Source: Monocercomonoides exilis PA203 (lineage: Eukaryota; Protista; Preaxostyla). From it: a DNA stretch of 64,000 bases. This document shows, one piece after another, positions 23,692-34,525 of this stretch. How positions within the stretch are numbered: the stretch's first letter is position 1; each line of letters starts with the position of its first letter. A program made the position numbers and the translations under genes. The notes beneath the pieces are model-generated. The model did no database searches. It worked only from the letters and a program-made list of their open reading frames with translations, and had not been told where the DNA came from. The stretch lies in contig LSRY02000029.1 of NCBI GenBank assembly GCA_001643675.2, positions 868,001 through 932,000 of the forward strand, in the 5' to 3' direction.

Positions 23692-24839
23692 TAGGGTGGT
23701 CCTTTATATTTTGCACAAAGAATAAAAAATGGGTAAATAAAAAATGAATTATCAAAAATTTTTTGATATAACAGAGTTTTGCACTCTGATTGGAATGAAT
23801 TCCGAAGAAATATATGAAAAACTGCAAATTGCGTATGGTTTAAAACTTCCGGATATAAGAACTATTCGTTCATGGAACATTCGAATTCAAAGGCGAGAAG
23901 AAATTGACAGGAGACATTATAATCGCGGAAAACCAACTAATGAAGTGTTGATAAAGAAGATACAACAAGCAGTGGAAGAAAATCCTCATATTAGCTCCCG
24001 AGCGTTGGCAGAACAATTTAGTGTTGCAAAAACAACTGTTTTACGGATTCTTCATGAAAAATTACATCTCCATTCTTACAAAATTAGGTGGGTGCCGTAC
24101 TCACTGAATGATGATCAGAAAAAAATCCGCGTTCAAACTGGCTTACAATTACTGGAGAAATTGAGAGATTTACGAAAAAGAAATTTTGAAGGGCTGATTA
24201 CAGGTGATGAATCTTTTTTCTTCAGAAGGTATAATTTCGAATGCGAATGGAGAAAAGAAAAATCTGAAGTGTCAACTACAGCAAATTACACTTATTCTGA
24301 TAAGAAATTCATGTTCACAATTTTCATTTCAGTCCATGGGCTGTTTTTTCTTAATATACTACCAGAAAAAACAAAAATGAATGCAGAATATTTCGTGAAT
24401 TCGATATTAAAGCCCATTAGCCAGATTCAAATAGACCTTTCTTCCGTTTCACCTATGGATTTTTTTATTCATTTCGATAATGCTCGTCCGCACACAGCAG
24501 CAATTTCAAAGATCTTTGCGGAGGAGCATCATTTAAATATTCTTCCGCATCCTCCTTATTCTCCTGATGTTGCGCCATGCGATTTTTTCCTCTTCGGCTA
24601 CATTAAGCAAGCTCTGAAAGGGAAAAAAATTTCTAATTCTGAAGAATTAGAAATAGAAATAAGAAATATTCTTCATACAATATCTTCAGACATGATTATT
24701 CGTGCTTTTGAAAGTTGGATTAAGCGATTGGAGTTTATTACAACTCATAACGGTGAATATTTTTATGATTAAATTTTTATTCTCATTAAATTATGAAACC
24801 ATATCAAAATTTTTTAACAAAATATAAAGGACCACCCTA
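23692..24839 (+). mobile_element. Full-length mariner (DD34D) DNA transposon
   Basis: Perfect 22-bp TIRs TAGGGTGGTCCTTTATATTTTG (23692-23713 / 24818-24839), flanked by TA, enclose a single intact transposase ORF. Confidence 0.95.
23744..24772 (+). CDS. Mariner transposase (342 aa)
   Basis: Two HTH regions, WVPYSL (the WVPHEL motif), ITGDES, HFDNARPH and HPPYSPDVAPCDFFLF. There are 34 residues between the 2nd and 3rd Asp. Confidence 0.95.
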   Translation: MNYQKFFDITEFCTLIGMNSEEIYEKLQIAYGLKLPDIRTIRSWNIRIQRREEIDRRHYNRGKPTNEVLIKKIQQAVEENPHISSRALAEQFSVAKTTVLRILHEKLHLHSYKIRWVPYSLNDDQKKIRVQTGLQLLEKLRDLRKRNFEGLITGDESFFFRRYNFECEWRKEKSEVSTTANYTYSDKKFMFTIFISVHGLFFLNILPEKTKMNAEYFVNSILKPISQIQIDLSSVSPMDFFIHFDNARPHTAAISKIFAEEHHLNILPHPPYSPDVAPCDFFLFGYIKQALKGKKISNSEELEIEIRNILHTISSDMIIRAFESWIKRLEFITTHNGEYFYD

Positions 24840-25239
24840 TATATAGAAATTGAAATTATAAGAACAAAACAAAAGTTAACTGGTTTTGAAAACATGAAAA
24901 CAATAATAACAATATGTAATCAGTAATTTTTTTATATAAATATTAGTTTTATGATGTTATTGCAAAGTTATTTATTAATTGACAATGAAGATCTTGAAAC
25001 ATTTATTGAAAACGAATAATTTTCATTAACACATATAGAGAAAAATGATGGAAACACATAATATTTGTCGAATAAACTATTGTTCATTGTTAATAATTGT
25101 TCTTTAATTAATAATTCTTGAAATTAGTTATAAAAATTTATTGATCAAAGCCATTGAAAAAAATTAATAAAGAAACAACATGAAATTTAAGAATTTCTCA
25201 TTCAGACACTTTTTAATCTTCCATAGAAAGAAAATCTTC

Positions 25240-27000
25240 ATTTGAACTTTTAAATTTTCCTTTCTCTTTATCCTTCATCCTCTTCCTCGTCTTTCATCCT
25301 TCATCCTGACACTGCCTCCTCAGTTGCTCTGCTTTTGCAGGCTGCTCTTTTTATATGCAGACTCCACAAACACCTTTTTCATATGCAACTGTGGAAGCGG
25401 TTGAAGTGCCTGTGTCTTATAACAACTGAGCCCTTTCCTTTTCATGTATATTATGTCAGTTTCTGCATCCACTTCCTCTGAACTCAAATCCCTCTCAGTC
25501 TCGTTTTCTTTGATCACTGTCGCTGCCCTCGATGTTATCAGCCCATCCACACTGGCCGGAAAGACTGTCTCGAGGTTAGCGGCCACAGACATAAGAAAAG
25601 TCTTCGCTTTGGACTTTGCCAACATCACCAACATCGTGCTGTCATGCAACGGGACAGTTCAAGCGGGAAAGCGGAGAGGAGATGTGCTGAAGACTGTGCT
25701 GCCGAGGCGTAAGTGTTCACCAGTTGCGCGCATTGATTTGCATCCTCATCCAGTGCATCATCACTTGCTCAACAAACAGCGACTGCCTCTTTCCCGACTG
25801 CTCCCACAAAGCTGTCGCATCTGCCAACCCCATTTCCATCCTCGCTCTCCGCTGAGCCTTGAATAACGCCTTTGCGGGCAAGTGCATCTTTCTCCAGTGC
25901 TGCAGCATCCAAGCCGAAACAACGAGTTCCTCTTTTTCCTTCACTTTTTCCAACTCTCTCTCGTCACAGAAGCCTCCTTTTGCGACATCAACTCCTCCCG
26001 TCCCGGCCTCAACTTCTATGTTGGTCACGATCTCATCCTCTTCTTCTTCTACTGCGCCCAACAGATATTCGTCGATAAAGCCACCAGATCATTCGCTTGC
26101 CCATTAATCCTCTGCATCGACAACACTCGTCAATATCTTCTGGATCTCCTCCTTCTCTTTCGAAGCCCATATCTCTCTTTCCATATTCCGATTCTGGTTT
26201 ATTTCCAGAAGTCTTGATCTTGTTCATTTGAACACCATCAGTTGGCTTCCGTTGTGTTTCTCAATGGCTGCATCATCCTTTAAGCCACCTCTGCTTCAAT
26301 TGTTCCTTCGAATTATCCCTTTTTTCTCCTTCCAACCAACATGTCTGCCTCAACTCAAAACTGCTTTGTTTCTGCAAAAACACCACTCACCTCTCCAACG
26401 CACCTGTTCATCACTTTCGCCTCTTTCCTTATGCTTCTTGTACTCTCACTGCTTACTCCCTTAATCTCTTCCACATCAACCTCTCAGTTCTCAAAGTTGC
26501 TTCAACTTTGCTTATGCTTGACGATGAATCAATAAGCATCTTTGAACATCTTTTAATAACAGTCCTCGCCATTGTTAGCAAAAGCATAGTTTTTCTTTAT
26601 CTTTCTGGAATATAAATGTCAGAAATCTCCTTCATCATGATGCGCTTTATCTTTACTATCATTTTTCTCGGCTAGCTCTGTCGAAGCATGCTCGAAGGCC
26701 ACTTTCAACTCACCAACGACAGCCTCTCCATCCTGAATTACCCCTCCACCTTCCACAACAGCAACTGCTCTAACTTTTGTGTACTCCTCATTGCCTAACC
26801 CTGGAAAGGCTCCTGAATGCTCTTTCATTTACTCACATAGAAACGAAACGGTGGATATTCTTTCCTCTGCTTCGCCAATCAATTCCCTTCCATGATGATT
26901 GTTGCAATGCTCCAAAGAGCATATGAAAAAGAAGAAACGGACGGAATGGTTCTGACATTCAACGAACTCTTCTTGCTTCATTGTCGCGTACTGTTACTGT
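25240..27000 (-). pseudogene. Degenerate coding fragments, product unknown
   Basis: Coding-like composition and short ORFs (25320-25649, 25717-26061, 26619-26828) interrupted by many stops and frameshifts. Confidence 0.55.
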
Positions 27001-27219
27001 TCGTCGACGTCTTCTCTTCAAACTTCTCTCCATTTATTTTTAACTTTAACATTTATCAATATCTTCATTTTTTTCTTTCAAATTTCCAATCATCATTTAT
27101 TGACAAATCAAATTCTTCTTCTCTTTATCTTCATTCTCTTCATTCACTTATCATCTTCTTTTCATTTTTTTTAAAGAAGTTGATTTCTTCATAAATTCCA
27201 TTCTTTTTAATTTCTGCTA

Positions 27220-30200
27220 TTATCCATTATGAAGATGCAAAAAATGAAGAAATACGATTAGGAAAAGAAGAAAAAGTGATCGTAGTAGTAGAAGTGAAAT
27301 AGAAAGAGGAAGAGGAAGAAGAAGAAGAAGAAGAATGTGAAGAAGAAGAAGAAGAAGAAGAAGAAGCGTAGAAAAAGAAACATCCAAGAAGGAGAAAGAA
27401 GGAGAAGAAGAAGAAGAAGAAGAAGAAGAAGAAGAAGAAGCAGAGAATGAGGCATTGAGTGTGCCAGCAGCAGCTGAGGCTGTTGAGAAAGCATCGACTG
27501 AACGGCTAGCTGTCTGCACACTCCGACGAGAATTCCGCGATGCGGCAGTGATCGCTCTTCTTTCCTCTCTTCTTTCTCATCTTCTGCTTTGTCTGCTGAT
27601 ATTCTCAACTTCTTCTTCTTCTTAACTTCTTTCTCTTTCTCCCTCATTTTCAATTTCAATATCGTCTCTTTCTTCTCTTTCGTTTGAACTTCCTTCATCA
27701 TTATCGTTGTCATTATCTTCTTCATTCTCTTCATTTTCAGCTTCTTCTGAATCCAGCGGTGTTATATGCTTTCTATTTAAGCTGCTTTTGATGTCTGCAG
27801 GAATTAGTTCTGGAGGGGTTGGGGAAGCGATCGGGGCGATGAAGGGATTATTTTCTGAAGTTGCATTGTTTTGAGCAAAATTCGAAAAAGATTGCGGACT
27901 TGGGCTGAATACGTGCTTTCTATCTGAATCTATGGAAGTTTCTCTTATATCACCTTCTTTATTATTATCATCCACTTCTTTGTTACTTCCTTCTTCTTCT
28001 CCTTCCTCTTTCCTCTTCTTCGCATACGCCTCCCCTCCCATTCTTGTCATCTTCAGCACGATCCCAAAGATATCCATCTCCACCAGCTGCTTTCTAAAAG
28101 CCCTGCTAATCTCGCACACAACCGCCACAAAACTCAGCACATTCGCCAAGTTAATTCCCTCCATCGTCTCCAGCAGCTGCGGAACAACAGAAGAGAGCAA
28201 GATATGTGTGGAAGGCCAGGAGGGGAAACTGATTCTGATAGAAGACAAAGAATGTGCTATGCGTCTGTCTTGCTTGGCAAAGTGGGTTAAGGCGCGGGCT
28301 GCGTAGACGAGAGGAGGAGTTGGGCAGAGGCGGAGGTAGGCGTTGGGACTGGTGGAGGAGACGGAAGAGAGAGAGGTGAGGGAAGGGAACTTGGTGAAAA
28401 AGAGGGATGTGAGAAGGCGGATGAAGCAGGTGCCGGAGTCGAAGTGAAGTTTTTGGTCGGAAGAGGAATATGAAGAGGGAGAGTAAAAGGGAGAGGAAGA
28501 AGAAGAATACATTGCTTCCATTGCATTTGCTGCTGATGCGATTCTTCCACTTCCGCTCCCACTCCCACCAGGAGAAGAAGCCAGAGAAAAGAAAAACGAC
28601 GCCCTTTCCTCCGGTTTCTGGTACAGCTGCAGCGCAATCCTGTCTTCCATTACGTCCTCTGCCCCAAATCCCAGTTCAGCAAAGGCCAAAATGCAAGCAA
28701 CAGCCAAAGAGACTGTGCGTGGTGTGTGCGTGAGCGGGTTGATCAGCTTCAGCATCGACTCGAACGTGAACGAGTACATCTTCACCTCCAGCATTTCGCA
28801 GGGGCAGCCAAACCGCTCTCCATTATATTCCCTCCTTCGTGTGATAGAAGTGATGGCGCTGTCAGCGTCAGGCCGGTTGTGTATCGTGCCCAGCATCACC
28901 ACAAAGAACTGCAGGGCGCCAAAATTAAGCTCATCTGGAACTGATCTCAGCCCTGCAGACGCCCACTCGATGGCTCTGAGGGAATCCAGCGACAGACGCT
29001 CGCTTTCTCCCCTCTTCGCTGCCTCCAACAGGATCTGCAGGACGGTTGTCTGAAGAGCTGTGTTTGGGATACCAATAAAAGGAGCATGCGAGGCATTGCA
29101 ACTGAAATGTGCTCAAAGCTGACAGCAGACGATGCAAACAGCGCGACAAGCGAGGCGGAGAGGGAGCGGTCGACCTCGCAGTACCTCTTCATCTGCTCTG
29201 CATTCAGTAGCTCAGGAAAGATCGGGTTCCACAAGTCGAAGTACTTTGAGGGCGGGTGAGTTTCAGCCAGGCGGTTGAGGGCGAGCAAAGCAGCGTGCAG
29301 GACAGTGGGGGAACTGATGCGCAGGCATTCTTTTGCCCATTTGGCTCCTGTGATGTCAGGGTCGTTGATGCTGTCGCCGCCGCTGAAGAAAGAGGCGAGG
29401 ACGTCTGTGGTAGCAGAGCTGAGGTGGCTGTTGCTGTTCCCACAGAATGTGCAGATGAGGAAGAGGCAGCTGCGCACGTGGAGGGTCACAAACTGTTTTA
29501 ATCTTTCTCTTTCTGACAGGATCATCTTTCGCACACGCGCGGGGGAGGCGGCGGGGGAAATAGAGAGGAGACAGAAGGCGCAGGAAACGAGTGAATTTGC
29601 GTGCCTGGTGTGAGAAGAGAAGATGGCGACACAATAAAAAGTGCAGAACATCCAAGTGAATAGGATAAGTTGGAGTGATAAATCCACCTTCGCTCTGCGT
29701 CTGAGAGACGGGAATCAAGTTCGTTCAATGCCAGACGCTGCAGAAGAGCTGCTTCTGAGTCTTCGGCTGTGCAAAATTCTTTCATTGAATCGCCTTCTAT
29801 TGAAAGGAGAAGAAGAAGAAGATGATGATGATAAAGGTGTTATTTCTGTTATTGAAGAAGAAGAAGGAGGAGGAGGTGAAGAAGAAGAAGAAGAAGAAGA
29901 TTATGAATTAGATTGTAGCTGTGAGATAAGCAGAGGAAGTAGGACAGTTGCAGGTGAAGATGATAGAGCATCCTTTAACAAATGAGAAAGAATTCGAGAA
30001 AGTTGACTTCTCATCATCGAATTCTTAGGAATTGTTCCTGATGGATGGGAGAAAAGAAAAAGAAGGAGATGTTCGTTTTCCACTCTGAAGTGGAAGAGAA
30101 TGAGTCGAAGGAAAAGGGAGGGAAACTGAGGATGGAGAATTTATTGATGTGAATGACGGAGAAGAGGGAGAAGGAGAAGGAGATTGCGAAAGCAAAAAGA

Positions 30201-33200
30201 GAGGAAACTGAGAGGAGGTTACGCTTGTCTGAAGCTGATGCGGAAGAATTGCTGAGAATTGGCCAATCTTCATCCAACAGGGAAGTTCTCCTCTTCTTCC
30301 ACTTGCTGTTCCTTATGCATTTATCGCATGCCAACAGAAGTTGTATTAGCTTCATCAGCAGCAGAATTTGAAGATCCACTCAGGTCCAGTGCATCTGTTG
30401 TTATATTCGATGCCAATGAAGTTGACTGAGACTCAGATGTTTGCTTAACGGAAGCAAAAGCGGAAGGTGTGACTTGTTGTGTGAATGAAGCACCAACGGC
30501 CTTTAACCGCTGAATGAGAAAGGAAGAAATGGACATCGAAGGAGAAGAAGAATGTTTCTGGTTTTGGTGCATCTCGAATATGGCTGATATTTCGTGGAAC
30601 AAGTTCTTCTTCACCATCAGCAAAAGAGCAGCGGTGACAATAGCGGTGAGTGCAGTGCGTGTGTCCAGCGGATGAAGCAGCAGGCGATTGGATGACGCGG
30701 CAGAAGGGCTGAGTGGCTGCGTGGAGTATGAGATGATGGAAGGTGATGTACTGGAAGATGACATGGACTGAGAAATGGAAATAGAAGCGACACAAAATGT
30801 GAATAGAGAAGGAAATGAGAATACGAAGATGAAGTTAAAGGAGCTGAAAGCAGCTGAGAAGGCAGAGTGCGGATGATTGGAGTGAGTGGATGCGAAAGAG
30901 GGAGAGGGCACACGTTGACAAGAGGCTTCCACAAAAATTTGAGAGAAAAAGGCAGTATCGAAGGATGCTCTTCTTTATGTGGCTGTTCAACGCGCAGCGG
31001 AGCAACCTTGTGTGTGTTGAATCTGTCAGTTCGAATAGAGTTTCTCTGATGGATGGGACGCATGTTATTCTCGGCAGAGAAACAAAAAATGCATTTTCGG
31101 TAGCAGACGGCAATATTAACTTGTCTTTGATAAAGACAGACAAAGCAAACAGAAGCGGGTCTGCAAATATTCGTATTGATTGTCAATGTTTCATTGTCAA
31201 TTGAATCTAAAGAGATGCCATCACCATTATCTCTATTGATCTTTTTATGCACTTCAAACTCGTTGCTGTAGATTCACCTCTCTTCGCAGAACAGCTCAGC
31301 TGTGTTTCTCGCCTCGTACACTCCTTTCACAGCTGCCCTTTCTTCTCCTCTCCACACATTCATCTCATTTCCCATGTTCTCCACCAGTTGTGCATCTCTC
31401 ACAGTATCTTCTCCTCCCAAGCTGAACAGCCTCGTTCCACACGACAGGCTCAGAAACGAGTTCGCATCATTCTCCAATATTCCCCCTGTTCCACAGGCGT
31501 GAGATGATGGAATCGAAGAAGGCTTTAGATAATGCTACGCCTTGAGTTGATTCAAAAAATGGGACAGCGCCTTTCCGAGTGAGTGGAGCAAAGTGGCAAC
31601 TTCTTTCTTCCCAACCTGCTGCATCGACCGCACAAACAGCTTCTTCAGCCCTGTATTCTGTCTGCACTTCCTCCAAAACACAGAAGGATTTCCAAAGTCA
31701 TCCACTCTTCCTCCTCCATCTTCTTTATTTGCATTGGCATGCCTGTCTGGCTAGACAAACTCGCTAATAAACAAGCCGTGGAAAACCTGTTTCTCGCAGC
31801 TGCTCTGAGATGTGCCTGCAATTCTCTGCCGAGTGTTGCTCTGATGGCAGACAAGGCAAGATGCCTTTTTGACAAAGAAACAGCAGCCAAGCAGTGATTG
31901 CTGTGTCTTCTGGCGGGTGCTGCCTGGCTTCTCTGCTTCCGTCACAGCCAATTGCGTTCTAGTCTTCTTTTTTCTCTCCATTTTCTTTGTGGATTTGGCT
32001 GAAGGAAAGGTGAACTGCAGAGGAATCGGACTGAACTCTCCGCTGGCGATGGTCGAAGTAGGTGAGAAAGAAACACGGGATTTCTTCTGGTTGCTCTTTT
32101 GGGATGTCGATGAAAACATCTTTGGCTGTTTGTGAGGGAAGCGCAGGGCAGGGAGTGTGTATGAGTCTTCTACTCTTTCTATCGTCTTGTGTGTCTCATC
32201 GGAATTTGATGTGTCAGCAGATCTTGATATATCGAAATAATCTTCATCATCGCTAACGTAACTATCATCGCTATCGTCATTGTCTTCGTCTTCACTGTCT
32301 TCTTCTGCTTCTTCCACTTGTCTCACGAGTGTCAGATTCAGAAGAGTCAAATGTGATGCTGCCATCTGCCACACAAAGCAGCTTCAACTTTTTCGAAAGA
32401 AGCTCACTTAGGACAGCTTATGAACCCATCATCGGACTTGTCTTTGATTGGAATGCTTTTCCTTTCGCTTTTTTTTCCCTTTCACTCCCGCTTTCCCTCT
32501 GCACTTTGCTCCTCTTTGCCTTCAAAACTCCTATTCATCTGGAGGAAGCTCATCAAACACTGAAATAATTCTTTCTTTATCTTTCTCCTTTTTCCTTTTT
32601 CACTTCTCATCTTCTTTCACTTTCTCTTTGTTTCCAAGCTTCCTCTAACTCTCCAATGCCACAGTAGCTTTCTCCAAACACCTCGCATTCTGCACTGTCG
32701 CATTTGCATTTGTTCATCCTTCGCTCTTCTTCCCCTGCTGATTCAACCTCATTGCAGTCATCATTCGCTTCCTCTTCATCTTCGGTGGTCTTCCTCTTAG
32801 AATAGCCAGCGGCACTTGTTCCATCACCACACGTAATAGCTTCTTCTTCTAACTGCTATTATTATTATTATTATTGATGTTATTTCCACTTCCAACCATC
32901 TTGTTTGTCAGCCCCAGCACTTCTGATTTGAACTCTGGTGGAGCAATTCTTGAGCCTGTGTGTGTCTTCATACGAACTATCCGCTTGAAGGCAGCAAGCG
33001 CTTTTCTACCTCCGCTTCGTTTGAGTGTGCTACCAAGTGCGGTTGTTGGCACAATCATCAGTCAACAGAAGAAGAAGAGGATGATGAAGAGGAATTCTTT
33101 GTTTGATCAATTGAAATCGGGAAAGATGCAGTTGGAAAACCAACATTCAATGAGGCAGAAGAAGAAGAAAATAAAAGACTTGAAAATAAAATTAAAATTA
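27220..33200 (-). pseudogene. Long frameshifted or degenerate coding region, partly alpha-helical (ARM/HEAT-like) at 27.6-29.8 kb
   Basis: Overlapping ORFs 28947-29687 and 27622-29028 join by a frameshift into Leu-rich helical sequence (LHAALLALNRLAE, LVYAARALTHFAK, LANVLSFVAVVCE). Further broken ORFs extend to ~33.2 kb without clean intron signals. Confidence 0.5.
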
Positions 33201-33419
33201 AAAAATAAATAAACAAACAAAATGCCTTGAAGGACAAACATAGAATAATCTGCTTCTCTCCATAAGAAACGGGAAACAACAAAATTCAACTATGACTTCA
33301 GTCGAGAAAGAGCCACAGAATCTCCACAAAGAAAAGCGAAAGAAATATTCAAAAATGAAAATAGAATCTTTGGCAAATTAAGAAAAATTCCGAAAATTAA
33401 GTATCAACACGAAATTTCA

Positions 33420-33750
33420 AACATTTTTCTTAATTGAAATCCCATTTCAATTTTCAATTTTTTTATTGATCTGCAATTTGCAGAAATGCTTTTTTTATAC
33501 ACCTAGATAATATTTATATGTTGTCGAAGTATTTCATGAGGTCCATAACCATTTCTGCAAATTTCCACGTTATAAAAAAGTTTTCATGATCATTGAGATC
33601 TTTTTTTAATGCAAAAAATTTTTTGTTGATCTATTTGCAAAAATTCATTTTTCTTAAATTAATATTAATTGCTTTTAACGTTTATTTAAGTAATATGGAA
33701 AAAACTGAAATTGATTTCAAGATAAAAAGACCTAATATTTTAGAATCTGA
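33420..33750 (+). repeat. Inner diverged inverted repeat, left copy (partner ~38870-39240)
   Basis: CCCATTTCAA, TTGATCTGCAATTTGC, ATTTCTGCAAATTTCCA and GATCAWTRAGATC are collinear with the reverse complement of 39061-39240. Weaker similarity continues inward. Confidence 0.7.
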
Positions 33751-34375
33751 GTCAAAATCGAAATGGAAATAATATCAATGAAATGAAAAAAATACGTCAA
33801 AAATTAACAATCGTTCACCAATCAAAATGACATAAATAAACAAAAAGGACTTCATGATATTAATCATCAAAAAAATAGAAAACAATCAGAATATTTCAAA
33901 TCAGATTCAATAATTTTCAAAAAAAACATAATTCTTTCACATAATCATTAAATAATCACCATATGTCAACAAAATGTCAACAATTATGAACAATAAAAGA
34001 TATTAGAAAAAACAGTACTATTACAACAAATTCGTGGTATCAAAGACAATTCCTAACAAAAAAGAATACTTATATAAAAAGTTCAAAAACAAACTTGTCT
34101 ATTTTCCCTCTGTTTTCCATCCACTCTCCCCTTTCTGATATTTCTCTAACTTTGACTCAAAAAGATCAAATTCAACAAAGAAAAAAGACAGACACAATGA
34201 TAAAACATTATTTCACACTCTCAACAACTCTCCCTTCCAAAAACCTCACCCAAAGATCAATGAATTCCCTCACAACTCTTTCTATTAATGAATCTCGATA
34301 TATATACAAATATAAGCGGGACAATAACCAATTTAATTATAGGGACATTATAGGGACAAAAACAACAAGAAAACA

Positions 34376-34518
34376 ATCGGATTCTAACTGTTGTGCACCT
34401 GGGAGGCTGTTCGTCGTATCCAGGTCCGGATATTGCAGCCCGAAGGCTGCAATATCTAATACGAACAGTCATGTCCAGCACCCTTCCGATAGAGTGCCAG
34501 CTAAGCATACACAACAAC
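34376..34518 (-). ncRNA. Candidate structured RNA (multi-stem, cUUCGg tetraloop, pseudoknot) directly 3' of the transposase stop codon
   Basis: A 12-bp perfect stem (34429-34440 / 34445-34456) has a UUCG loop on the minus strand. Other stems: 8 bp (34407-34414 / 34461-34468), 10 bp (34475-34484 / 34491-34500) and a closing 12 bp (34387-34398 / 34507-34518); the last two need G-U pairs available only on the minus strand. Loop AUCGGA is complementary to downstream UCCGAU (34376-34381). Confidence 0.65.
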
Positions 34519-34525
34519 TCGTTTC

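Noticed and set aside
34395-34470. HDV-like ribozyme on the plus strand (P1-like ACCTGGG/TCCAGGT, P2, P4 hairpin followed by CTAA)
   Set aside because: There is no room for P3/L3 or the P1.1 CC. The G-U pairs and the UUCG loop favour the minus strand, and a hammerhead core (CUGANGA) is also absent.
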